Origin: a virus | Length of the DNA stretch: 64,000 nt | Virus record (IMG/VR): IMGVR_UViG_2687453534_000001 | Reading direction: 5' to 3' (one strand) | Part shown: one piece after another, positions 56,135 to 64,000 of the stretch | Layout of the letters: the number at the start of each line of letters is the position of its first letter | Position numbering within the stretch: the first letter of the stretch is position 1 | Notes under the pieces: model-generated | Told to the model about the DNA's origin: nothing | Seen by the model: only the letters and a program-made list of their open reading frames with translations | Database searches by the model: none | Made by a program: the position numbers and the translations under genes

Positions 56135-56461
56135 GTGAACTGGAGCGGCATCGGAGCCGACAACCTGATGGACTTGGTCGCCTACGGCATCATCGGCATT
56201 GCCTACGTGCTGTCGCAACGACAGACGCGCAATCAGTTGGAAGCCATTCGCGGTCAGGTCCAAAACGGTCATAAGACGCCGATGCGCACCGACCTTGACG
56301 AGGTGAAAGACGACGTTCGCGGTATACGAAAGGACTTTGGCGACTTTCGCTCTGAGGTCCGCACCGGGTTCCGCAATCTGCGCGAAGACCTCAATGCCGA
56401 ACGCGACGAACGTATTGCGTCGGACCAGGAACTAGCGAAAAGGCACCGCCATGATCGGTAA
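56135..56461 (+). CDS. Membrane protein with one TM and a coiled-coil tail (holin-like/lysis accessory)
   Basis: GTG start. Confidence 0.5.
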   Translation: MNWSGIGADNLMDLVAYGIIGIAYVLSQRQTRNQLEAIRGQVQNGHKTPMRTDLDEVKDDVRGIRKDFGDFRSEVRTGFRNLREDLNAERDERIASDQELAKRHRHDR

Positions 56462-56771
56462 CGTCGCGATCGTCGATCGTATCAACCTCATTCAGGGCCA
56501 GGACCTCGCGCACCGATGGGACGTGCCAGTAGGTGATAACCTGCCCGCTGGCACCACCGTCACGCTGTACATGTACTCGCACAATTTCAGTGAGACGCTT
56601 GGCGTCTGGCCATCGATCGACGTTGACGCCTCCGGTGCGAGCTTCTTCATCGAGGCCGAGGACCTAGAGCCGATCCCAGCCGGGGCACGGTTTCGCGTCT
56701 ATCTCGTCTACCCAGACGCCCCCAAGCCTCGGCTGGTCTGGATTCTTGGCACCGTCTCAAGGCAGGGGTAG
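56451..56771 (+). CDS. Hypothetical protein
   Basis: 106 aa. Confidence 0.5.
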   Translation: MIGNVAIVDRINLIQGQDLAHRWDVPVGDNLPAGTTVTLYMYSHNFSETLGVWPSIDVDASGASFFIEAEDLEPIPAGARFRVYLVYPDAPKPRLVWILGTVSRQG

Positions 56772-56774
56772 CGG

Positions 56775-57095
56775 ATGATTGACGAATCTGTTCTGAATGC
56801 TATGTGCACCACAATGGTTGGCTACTTCGATGAGGTCTCGCTACACAACAGCGAGCCCGGTGCCGGTGGTGCCAATGAGATGCCCGGCATCGCACGCAAG
56901 ACACCGACATGGGCGCCTGCGGACAACGGCGAGTCAACGGCGGTAGTCACATTCGCGGCTTACGTCGGTGTATCGACACACATCGGCTTCTGGCATGCTG
57001 GTGCATTCGTAGGGTCCCGGCCGTTCGTTGCGAACTTCGAGGCCGCAGCCGATCTGGTTGTGGCGCTCAATCCATATGTGCAGGAACGCACATGA
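56775..57095 (+). CDS. Hypothetical protein
   Basis: RBS GGCAGGGG. 106 aa. Confidence 0.5.
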   Translation: MIDESVLNAMCTTMVGYFDEVSLHNSEPGAGGANEMPGIARKTPTWAPADNGESTAVVTFAAYVGVSTHIGFWHAGAFVGSRPFVANFEAAADLVVALNPYVQERT

Positions 57096-57787
57096 CCCTG
57101 GTATTCCCACCTAAGCCGTTCACGCGGATGGTTCACGCGCGGCCCGGTGTGCTGTCCCAGCCCATCGAGGGTGTCGGCAAGGGTGCGCGCGTCGGCGTCG
57201 TTGCTGATGTGCGCGTGACGGGCAAGATGCACGTCACCGACACCTTCACCAACCTGGACAAGTTCGCCATGGTTTACGGCGGCCTGCCGTTCTTCGGTGG
57301 TGATCCCTATATCGACGCCGGAAAGCTAGCTGGCCGCGGCCTTGTGCGCCACAAGGTGCAGGCAATGAGCGACAACGGCCGCGCCAACGCGGTCATCGGC
57401 TCACTGGCTGGCGGCAAGACCCGGCTGGTGATCTGTGGTGACGCGTTGTTCAACACCTACTACGGCATCGAGGTTGAGACCGGCATCATCAATAACAAGC
57501 TGCACATCATCAAGGGCCGCGGTAACGCGGCGACGGTGACCAAGCACGCGACGGTCAGCGTTGCGTGGGCCAACAGCGATTCGGTGTCGGTGTGGTATGA
57601 CGAGCCCAACCACACCATCCGCGCCTACCGGAACAACACGCAGGTAACGAGTCTGGCGGTGCGCGCTAATGAGATCAACCATGGACCGGGGTTCAGAAAC
57701 CACGGCGTCGCGGTCGGAGTGGATCTGTTCCTAGGTGTGATCAACGTCGGCGCGCTGTTCACGTCATACGAATATCTCGACGTGTAG
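57092..57787 (+). CDS. Hypothetical protein (231 aa)
   Basis: ATGA-coupled start. The long track ORF has a non-coding N-terminal extension. Confidence 0.55.
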   Translation: MTLVFPPKPFTRMVHARPGVLSQPIEGVGKGARVGVVADVRVTGKMHVTDTFTNLDKFAMVYGGLPFFGGDPYIDAGKLAGRGLVRHKVQAMSDNGRANAVIGSLAGGKTRLVICGDALFNTYYGIEVETGIINNKLHIIKGRGNAATVTKHATVSVAWANSDSVSVWYDEPNHTIRAYRNNTQVTSLAVRANEINHGPGFRNHGVAVGVDLFLGVINVGALFTSYEYLDV

Positions 57788-57871
57788 CGCTACCAAAACT
57801 GTAGGACATGAACTGTCAACTACCGGGCTACATTCAGCTCTGAGACCCCGTTATCCGAGCCTGGAGTAGAG

Positions 57872-59050
57872 ATGCCCGATCTGTCATTCACCATGGACCG
57901 CGACGCGTTCACAGAGGCTGTCACGTGGGCCGCACGCATCATCCCCGGTAAGCCACAGACGCCCATCCTGGCGGGAATGCTGGTGACGGGAGGGCCATCA
58001 GGACTGACGCTGAGCAGCTTCGACCTGGATGTGAGCGCCGAGATCGGCCTACCAGAAGCGCAGCAGGTGACGCCGGGTAGCTCTCTGGTCAGTGGCCGAC
58101 TGCTCGCGACGATCGCCAAGGTGCTGCCACGCAAGCCGGTCACCTGGACCGACAACGGTTCAACCGTGGCCATCCAGTGCGGCAAGGTTGACTTCAGTCT
58201 CCCGACAATGGTCGCCGACCAGTATCCCGTGCTGCCGGTGCTGCCCGAGGACACCGGCACCGTGAGCGCCGACGAGTTCAGCCATGCGGTCACGCAAGTG
58301 ATCGGCGCGGCCAGCAGCGACGAGGCCAAACCCGGTCAGATGTGCGTGAGCCTGGAGATCACCAGTCAGTCCACACTGACACTCACGACAACCAACGGCC
58401 ACCGGATCGCCATGCGTGAGATCGACTGGACGCCGCTGTCCGACAACCTGGCCATTGGGCAACGTTTACTGATCCCGACGCGAGCGCTGGCCGAGATTGG
58501 CCGACTCGGTGACGATCAGGTCTATCTCGCCATCAGTGGGAATGAAAGCGACGCACAGCTTCTCGGCATCCATGGCGGTACCCGACGCATGACTTCGCGA
58601 CTCGTCGATGACAAGTTCCCAAACTGTCGAGCCGCGCTGCCGAAGCAATACCTGACCACCGCGGCCGTTCTCGTCCCCGAGATCGCCGAGTCTGTCACCC
58701 GCGCGCTGGCGGTCACCGGCTCGTCGGCTGACAACCATCCGAGGATGAAATTGACCTTTGGTGACAACACGCTGAACGTCTACGCGAGCACTTCGATCGG
58801 CACGGTCAATGAGGACATTGACGTGCAGCTCAACGGAGAGCCTGAGACCGTGTGGATCAACCCCGTGTACCTCATGGACAGCCTGAATGCTCTCGACAGC
58901 GACAAGGCGACCATCGGCCTGCAAGGTGGTCTGCGCGGGTTGATGTTTGCGCCGGATGTTGTCGAGGCAGATGATCTTCTGGCCAATCCGCTTGCCGGTG
59001 AGACGATTCAGATGATCCAGCCGATTCGCCACACCGAACCGGCCACGTAG
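57872..59050 (+). CDS. dnaN: DNA polymerase III beta sliding clamp (DnaN-like), phage-encoded
   Basis: 392 aa. Preceded by the TCAACTACCGGG motif. Confidence 0.8.
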   Translation: MPDLSFTMDRDAFTEAVTWAARIIPGKPQTPILAGMLVTGGPSGLTLSSFDLDVSAEIGLPEAQQVTPGSSLVSGRLLATIAKVLPRKPVTWTDNGSTVAIQCGKVDFSLPTMVADQYPVLPVLPEDTGTVSADEFSHAVTQVIGAASSDEAKPGQMCVSLEITSQSTLTLTTTNGHRIAMREIDWTPLSDNLAIGQRLLIPTRALAEIGRLGDDQVYLAISGNESDAQLLGIHGGTRRMTSRLVDDKFPNCRAALPKQYLTTAAVLVPEIAESVTRALAVTGSSADNHPRMKLTFGDNTLNVYASTSIGTVNEDIDVQLNGEPETVWINPVYLMDSLNALDSDKATIGLQGGLRGLMFAPDVVEADDLLANPLAGETIQMIQPIRHTEPAT

Positions 59051-59061
59051 ATCGTTGGGAA

Positions 59062-59310
59062 TCAGGTGATTTCGCGAATCTCTTCCAAGATGTCTACGTC
59101 GGACTTACCGGTGGCTGTTGACACAGCGGAGAGAAGGATGCTCACCAATATCCTGAGTCCACGTGTCACGTCATCTTTGAAATTTGGATTACCAAGATCC
59201 TTCGCTAGATCGATCAAAGGTTCCGATTTCAGCTGCGAGACGCAGAGTCCAATTGCGAGATCGAGCGCTTCCTTCTCTTCATCTCTTTCTTCATCATCAT
59301 CATTGTTCAC
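59062..59310 (-). CDS. Small acidic protein in a low-GC (about 48%) insert
   Basis: MNNDDDEERDEEKE... Local GC far below the genome average. Confidence 0.5.
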   Translation of the reverse strand: MNNDDDEERDEEKEALDLAIGLCVSQLKSEPLIDLAKDLGNPNFKDDVTRGLRILVSILLSAVSTATGKSDVDILEEIREIT

Positions 59311-59450
59311 CGGGGGATTGTTTCACGAACCTTGCCATCGTGGGTTGCGATCAAATCGCTTGGCCCTCACATACCACCCCTGGCGGTTGTAGCGCTGGAA
59401 CCCGTCCGGTGAACCGGGTAACTGGCGCTCCCGTCAGGGGTGCCAAAAGG

Positions 59451-59495
59451 AGACGCCCCCAACCGCATTCAGTTGCGGTTGGGGGCGTCTTTTTC
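59451..59495. terminator. Bidirectional rho-independent terminator
   Basis: AGACGCCCCCAACCGCA-ttcagt-TGCGGTTGGGGGCGTCT, then TTTTCG. Confidence 0.7.
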
Positions 59496-59498
59496 GTT

Positions 59499-59933
59499 CT
59501 ACTGCCTGGTATCCAGTTCGGCTATGATGTCGGAGATTAGGCGACTTCCCGCCTCGATTCGATCGTGGACGCAGACAGCTCCTACACACGGGGGACCGTT
59601 GAATACCCTTTCAATCAGCCCTCCCAGTCGTGAGTCGCCAGACGCCATGTTGCCACCGAACATCGTCCACCGGCGCATCTGGAACGCCGAGAGCGGCACA
59701 AAATGCGGCAGCGCTCCGGGTAGATTTGGTCCGACAAGCACCACGGCGTTATCGCTCGTAGACTCCACAACCCGTGATCCCTCCGGTGGTGGAATCAGCT
59801 CACCGTTGAGGTCGCTCGCGATACCGACCAGTACCAGACGAGAATGCCGTGCGCTAATGCCATTCAGGGTGCAGTCAGGAAAGTCCGCGGGTCGCAAGAC
59901 CGTTAGTTCTAATCCCATCATTGTGTCAGTCAT
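59499..59933 (-). CDS. Unknown 144-aa protein translationally coupled to the ADP-ribosylglycohydrolase
   Basis: Start ATG at 59933-59931 overlaps the ARH stop (TGATG). The track ORF has a 26-aa N-terminal extension. Confidence 0.55.
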   Translation of the reverse strand: MTDTMMGLELTVLRPADFPDCTLNGISARHSRLVLVGIASDLNGELIPPPEGSRVVESTSDNAVVLVGPNLPGALPHFVPLSAFQMRRWTMFGGNMASGDSRLGGLIERVFNGPPCVGAVCVHDRIEAGSRLISDIIAELDTRQ

Positions 59934-60943
59934 CAGAACTCGTATCCTTCCGCTTCTGAAATCTCTTTCTGGTAGCGCGTTTCCAGCCGATCGAACCACT
60001 CGGCAGGCCATGGGTCGTCATACATCGCGCCGAGGATTGATCCCGCGACCGCCGCGATCGAGTCGCTGTCACCGCTCGTGACCGTCGCGCGGCGCAGCGC
60101 GGCTATCGGGTCATTGGGAAACAGATCGATGCAGAACAGCGCGCACGCCAGCGCATCGTGAGCGCGCCAGCCGGGGCCTGCGTGCTCACACGGATCGAGA
60201 TCCCACGGATCAGCACCAGCATCACGCAACTGGCGAAGTGCGATATCCGCGGTCAGCAGACGGTCCTGGACGAAGAGCAGACCGCGCGTCATGAACCGAC
60301 GCACGCCGACCTCAGCGACGACAGGGTGACCGTCGATCCAACGGTCAACATCCGTAAGTAGAGACGAATCATGATGTAGCCCAGTGCTTGCCAGATAGAT
60401 CGCCTCTTCGAGCAGCCGCCCTGGGTAGATGCTTCGCGCTTTGCGGATGATCGCTGCGGTTAAGAGCGACGCGGCGATGCCTGTCGCGCGTCCGTGGGTG
60501 GATGCTGCTTGCCACGCGGCGACCCCCTGCCAGCTGCGATCTTTGGTTACGAAAGCTGCGGGACTGACGCGCATTACCGTGCCGCATCCATCCGAGTTCA
60601 AAACGGTGGCCTTGGGCCAGGGGAAGTCGTTCTTCAACGCCCCGATAGCGCGCATGCACGTGTTGCCCGGTGCGCGGTTGTTGTCCGGGTCATCGAACCA
60701 CTTGATCCACTGATCGATGATCTTGACGCCGACCTCATCATCGGTCACATCTTTTGTGTCGTGGAGACCTCGCGCGAGCGCGAGCGTCATCTGAGTGTCG
60801 TCGCTGATGATCAGCTTCTCGGGCAGCTCTGGGCCCATTAGCCCGTTTTCGGTGAGCTGAGCGTACGACCTGAACTCATTGCGGTAGCCCCACGCATCGC
60901 CATAGGCGACACCACGGAGCACGTTGGACCATTTACTAGGCAT
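59933..60943 (-). CDS. ADP-ribosylglycohydrolase (DraG/ARH family)
   Basis: GAGGAA RBS. N-terminal GVAYGDAWGYRNEF and C-terminal GDSDSIAAVAGSILGA metal-binding motifs. Confidence 0.85.
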   Translation of the reverse strand: MPSKWSNVLRGVAYGDAWGYRNEFRSYAQLTENGLMGPELPEKLIISDDTQMTLALARGLHDTKDVTDDEVGVKIIDQWIKWFDDPDNNRAPGNTCMRAIGALKNDFPWPKATVLNSDGCGTVMRVSPAAFVTKDRSWQGVAAWQAASTHGRATGIAASLLTAAIIRKARSIYPGRLLEEAIYLASTGLHHDSSLLTDVDRWIDGHPVVAEVGVRRFMTRGLLFVQDRLLTADIALRQLRDAGADPWDLDPCEHAGPGWRAHDALACALFCIDLFPNDPIAALRRATVTSGDSDSIAAVAGSILGAMYDDPWPAEWFDRLETRYQKEISEAEGYEF

Positions 60944-61136
60944 TTGGTTTCCTCATGTGGAAGGGGACGCAGGTTTCGCATTCGTACTTTCCGGACTCAT
61001 CAGCGACGTACACACCGAGAGGTGTGGTGTGCCGCTTCGCGCTGGGCCGCTCCTTGATGGCGAAACGCATGTACATACCCGAGTGCTCGTCGCACGTGAC
61101 CATTCCGCCGTTATCGATCCAAACCCTCTTGGCCAT
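60936..61136 (-). CDS. Small Cys/His-containing protein (66 aa), first gene of the ARH operon
   Basis: MAKRVWIDNGGMVTCDEH...YECETCVPFH. Overlaps the ARH start by 8 nt. Confidence 0.45.
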   Translation of the reverse strand: MAKRVWIDNGGMVTCDEHSGMYMRFAIKERPSAKRHTTPLGVYVADESGKYECETCVPFHMRKPNA

Positions 61137-61160
61137 GAGCAGCCCTTTCGTCCGTTGTTT

Positions 61161-61230
61161 GGTAGACCAATCTACCGTATCACATTGGTAGAGCCGTCTA
61201 CTAGCATCTCGGTAGAATGAACTACCAAGA
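61161..61230. promoter_or_regulatory. Divergent promoter region with three GGTAGA-type palindromes; candidate -10 TAGAAT at about 61214
   Basis: GGTAGAccaaTCTACC, GGTAGAGccgTCTAC and GGTAGaatgaaCTACC. Confidence 0.45.
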
Positions 61231-61253
61231 CAACACAACATCAGAGGACACCC

Positions 61254-62051
61254 ATGACCGACGAAAAGATCGTTGACAAGATCGCAAAGCTGTTGCGACA
61301 GGCCGAGGATGTGGCAGGTACGCCCGAGGAGGAGGCATTTCAGGAACGCGCCTTCGCGCTGCTTGCCAAGCATGGCATCGACCTGGCGACTGTGCGCGCG
61401 CATCAGCGCGGTCTCGACATCAGCGACATACCGAACGCCATCGACACGCTAATGCTCGTTCATAGTCCTTACGCGAGTGAGCAGAAGCACATGCTGTCCA
61501 TCCTCGCGGAGGCGTTGCACTGCAAGACCGTTGGACTCAATGACATCCCGTTCGTGCACGTCTTCGGTATGTCTCACCATGTTGAGCGTCTACAGATGCT
61601 CTGGGAGATATTGCAACCACAGGCGACGCGCTTGGTTGCCAAAGTGCAGATGCCGGAACAGAAACGGGTTCAGAAGCTCACCCAACCCGAGTGGGCGGCG
61701 ATGAATAGAGCCGAGCGGATGAACCACCTGGTGGAGATGTCGCGCGAAATGCGCGCACCGGTATCGCTGCACGTCTACCGCCGGTCCTGGTTGATCGGGT
61801 TCGCCGCGTCGATCGCTCAGCGCATCAAGCTCCAGGAAGGTGAGGCCGCCGACAAGGCTGGCGTGGTCGCGCTGTACAAGTCCGACCGTGAGCGCGCTGA
61901 CGACGCGATGCGCGGCGCGTACCCGGACGCCGTCAACACGATGGTGGACCAGTTCAGTGACGATGGATTCAACCAGGGCGCGCGCGCCGGACAGACCGCG
62001 ACCATGGATCGGCCGGTTGAGTCGGTAGACCCTCTAGGTTTGCCGCGCTAG
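61254..62051 (+). CDS. DUF2786-domain protein
   Basis: N-terminal KIVDKIAKLLRQAEDVAGTPEEEAFQERAFALLAKHGIDL. Confidence 0.7.
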   Translation: MTDEKIVDKIAKLLRQAEDVAGTPEEEAFQERAFALLAKHGIDLATVRAHQRGLDISDIPNAIDTLMLVHSPYASEQKHMLSILAEALHCKTVGLNDIPFVHVFGMSHHVERLQMLWEILQPQATRLVAKVQMPEQKRVQKLTQPEWAAMNRAERMNHLVEMSREMRAPVSLHVYRRSWLIGFAASIAQRIKLQEGEAADKAGVVALYKSDRERADDAMRGAYPDAVNTMVDQFSDDGFNQGARAGQTATMDRPVESVDPLGLPR

Positions 62052-62087
62052 TAGCTTGCACTACCGGCCACGTCACTAGACTAAAAG

Positions 62088-62477
62088 GTGACAACTGGAG
62101 GACACTTCATGACCATGGCAACAGCTCCCACCAACGCAGCCGGATGGCTACGCGACAACGGTTTCAAGCTGTCTCGCGCAGCATCGGCGCGTTTCGCGGA
62201 CACGTTCAACGATCTTGTCGAGCGCTACGCAGACCCAGCGGAGTATCCGATGCGCGACGCGGCGATCATGGCTGCGGCGCGGTATCTCTCGGAAGAGCTG
62301 ACCCTGGATGATGCTGGTTTGGCGCTGGAGCGAGCGCGGAGCCGCGCCGACACGGGCATGGCCGTCGCGCGCGTCGTGGCGCTGCTGTCGATGGAGGACG
62401 GTCTGAGTGAGCATGGCGCACAGCGCGCGGCCCGCGTTGATCGTATGACGGTGCGGCGTTGGAGAGGGAAGCGGTGA
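62088..62477 (+). CDS. Hypothetical protein
   Basis: 129 aa. Confidence 0.5.
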   Translation: MTTGGHFMTMATAPTNAAGWLRDNGFKLSRAASARFADTFNDLVERYADPAEYPMRDAAIMAAARYLSEELTLDDAGLALERARSRADTGMAVARVVALLSMEDGLSEHGAQRAARVDRMTVRRWRGKR

Positions 62478-62761
62478 CCGACTATCTGGGTCTGACTGAC
62501 ATCTGCGCGTGCGGTCACGACCTGGAAAGCCACGACCTCGGCGACCCGCACCATCGCGCCGGCGCGTGCGCTGGCCATGAGCTGGACGGCCCGTGCGACT
62601 GCACGCACTACCGTGAGAAGTGTCGGTGCCCCGAGTGTGATGACCTGGAGGAGATCGAGGTCGAAGAGATGACCACGCGGACCCTGCTGACGACGCTGGG
62701 CGTGCTGGTCGGGTTTGGTGCTCTGCTCGGCCTGACGTTCGGGAGACTCATCAGACGCTAG
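62459..62761 (+). CDS. Cys/His-rich protein with a C-terminal TM anchor
   Basis: CACGHDLESHD...HHRAGACAGHELDGPCDCTHYREKCRCPECDD, then a hydrophobic tail. Confidence 0.5.
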   Translation: MEREAVTDYLGLTDICACGHDLESHDLGDPHHRAGACAGHELDGPCDCTHYREKCRCPECDDLEEIEVEEMTTRTLLTTLGVLVGFGALLGLTFGRLIRR

Positions 62762-62794
62762 ATGCGTCACAGTGGCGAAACACGTTGATACAGA

Positions 62795-62832
62795 AGCACC
62801 CCCGAGATTCACTCTCGGGGGTGCTTTTTTGT
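62795..62832. terminator. Bidirectional rho-independent terminator between convergent genes
   Basis: AAGCACCCCCGAGA-ttcac-TCTCGGGGGTGCTT, then TTTTTGT. Confidence 0.75.
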
Positions 62833-62846
62833 ATCTGCGGTGCGGA

Positions 62847-63986
62847 TCAGCTCTTCTTGAGCTTCAAGGTACCGACGTAATCATTGTCGTAATCCCGAAT
62901 CTCGAAGTCCGTCATGAGGTTCTGGATCTGATCGTCAATGGTCGGCGTGGCGATGCCCTCTTCGGCCTCAAACTGCGCCTTGAGCTGGTTATGTAGCGAC
63001 ACTGCTGCGCCAACCAGATCGGTGGTACCCAGCTTGTAGTTGGTTCCACCATTGAGCCGACCGATCGCGAACGTCTTGGCTCGCTCCAGAGCCTCGCGCA
63101 CGAACGCCGGATAGAAACCGACCACCACACCATCACCAAGCTGGATGGTCATCGCCTCATAGACCTTGTCGTAGTTCACGTCATCTGCAAGACGCTCGGT
63201 TGCGACGACGGCCTTGATCAGACGCTCAACACCGTTGCGGTCCAGCGCCGCGACCTCCACCACTGCATCGATGCGACCGGGACGGAGCATGCCCTTGTGG
63301 ATGCGCTCAAAGTGGTTGGTAGTCATCAGAAGTGCGACCTCGGACCCCTTGGATGTCACACCATCGAAGGTCTCCAGCAGCTTGGACACCTGATCCACGT
63401 CGCTGGTCGATGTCTGGTTGTCCACATCCTCGATGAAGACCACCGCGGGCTGGTACAACTTCGCCGTGCGGAGCACATCGTTGATGTCATCGCCCGGCCG
63501 TGCAGCGATGAAGGTCCAACCGTTCTGGACAGCCTCCAGCGCGGTGAGCTGACCGGCCGAGGTCTTCCCGGTACCGTACGGCCCCTCCAGCAGCAGCGCG
63601 CGCTTGATGCGCACACCCTCGCCTTTGAGCGCCTTGCGGTGCCGAATCACCGACCACAGAGTGCCTTCCAGTGTGCTCATCACTTCGTCGGAGAAGACGA
63701 TCTCACTCGGTACGATGGTCGCGAGGTTCAGGAACTCAGGTTCCTCGGTGCCGACAATCGCCTTGCCGCGATAGATCGAGTTGGTTTTCAGCTCCTCACC
63801 GATCGCATCCAGGAACTCACGCGCGATCTTGGCGTTCTTCTTCGCGGTGATGACGGTGACATGAGTGACGATTCCGTTGTCGCGATCGCGCTTGCCGCCC
63901 ACGGTGACCAACGTCCGGTTATCAACGCTGGGCAGGTAGACGTTGCCCCATGGAACTTCCAGGGTCTCCGTTGCGGAAATCTGCAC
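62847..63986 (-). CDS. AAA+ ATPase (classic AAA family); the N-terminus may extend past the window edge
   Basis: Walker A GPYGTGKT, Walker B VVFIEDVD, second region of homology RPGRID. GTG start at 63986 with an open frame to position 64000. Confidence 0.8.
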   Translation of the reverse strand: MQISATETLEVPWGNVYLPSVDNRTLVTVGGKRDRDNGIVTHVTVITAKKNAKIAREFLDAIGEELKTNSIYRGKAIVGTEEPEFLNLATIVPSEIVFSDEVMSTLEGTLWSVIRHRKALKGEGVRIKRALLLEGPYGTGKTSAGQLTALEAVQNGWTFIAARPGDDINDVLRTAKLYQPAVVFIEDVDNQTSTSDVDQVSKLLETFDGVTSKGSEVALLMTTNHFERIHKGMLRPGRIDAVVEVAALDRNGVERLIKAVVATERLADDVNYDKVYEAMTIQLGDGVVVGFYPAFVREALERAKTFAIGRLNGGTNYKLGTTDLVGAAVSLHNQLKAQFEAEEGIATPTIDDQIQNLMTDFEIRDYDNDYVGTLKLKKS

Positions 63987-64000
63987 CGTGCGGGTTTCCG

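Larger units (their letters stand above)
940..64000. mobile_element. Integrated temperate prophage (siphovirus-like, mycobacteriophage-type); right end and attR are not in the window
   Basis: attL tRNA fragment, integrase, repressor, replication, packaging, head, tail and lysis (LysA/LysB/holin) modules in canonical order. Lysin B is restricted to phages of mycolata. Confidence 0.85.

Noticed and set aside
59066-59540. Plus-strand ORFs 59066..59392 and 59184..59540 near the terminator
   Set aside because: They overlap a low-GC minus-strand gene and the terminator hairpin, with no RBS. Probably non-coding.
1-64000. CRISPR arrays, rRNA, complete tRNAs and attR
   Set aside because: No direct repeats with regular spacers and no rRNA-like segments were seen, and only a partial tRNA is present. 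No second copy of the tRNA core was found by eye inside the window, so the prophage right end is presumed to lie beyond 64 kb.

Overview
The window is almost entirely one large temperate siphovirus-like prophage (more than 63 kb; its right end lies beyond the window). It is integrated into a high-GC (about 64%) Mycobacteriales host, and the Lysin B esterase marks it as a phage of a mycolic-acid host. The left edge holds a host aldo/keto reductase, a hairpin terminator and a 3' tRNA-Lys(CTT) fragment (attL) directly beside a tyrosine integrase. The next gene is an XRE-type immunity repressor divergent from a cro-like early operon, separated by an ACTAGT operator array. A long rightward early/replication block follows: Dcm methylase, Cas4/RecB-like and DnaQ-like exonucleases, SPFH, MazG, a Prim-Pol domain, a PriCT/helicase gene followed by an iteron array (candidate ori), RusA, several Cys-rich small proteins, a virion-glycosylation-like cassette (GT2, SAM-methyltransferase, GT25) and HNH. 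A low-GC reverse-strand three-gene membrane/secreted moron cassette precedes the packaging/structural genes. Those comprise TerS, TerL, portal, a 1185-aa MuF-like protein whose C-terminus is an R-S-E ADP-ribosyltransferase, scaffold, major capsid protein, connectors, major tail, frameshifted chaperones, a 1518-aa tape measure and repeat-rich minor tail proteins. Lysis genes (Lysin A, Lysin B, holin), a phage sliding clamp and a right-arm block complete the window; the right arm carries a DraG-like ADP-ribosylglycohydrolase operon, DUF2786 and an AAA ATPase. The most interesting hypothesis is a split reversible ADP-ribosylation module: a capsid-packaged MuF-ART effector with a small downstream candidate immunity ORF, plus a distant ARH operon. 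Other candidates for study are the reverse-strand moron cassette, several recurrent intergenic motifs (TCAACTACCRGG, GGTAGAG palindromes, an A/C-rich leader) and a nested 73-nt stem-loop. No CRISPR or rRNA was found. Coordinates of motifs and small ORFs not in the ORF track were derived by eye and may be off by a few nt.
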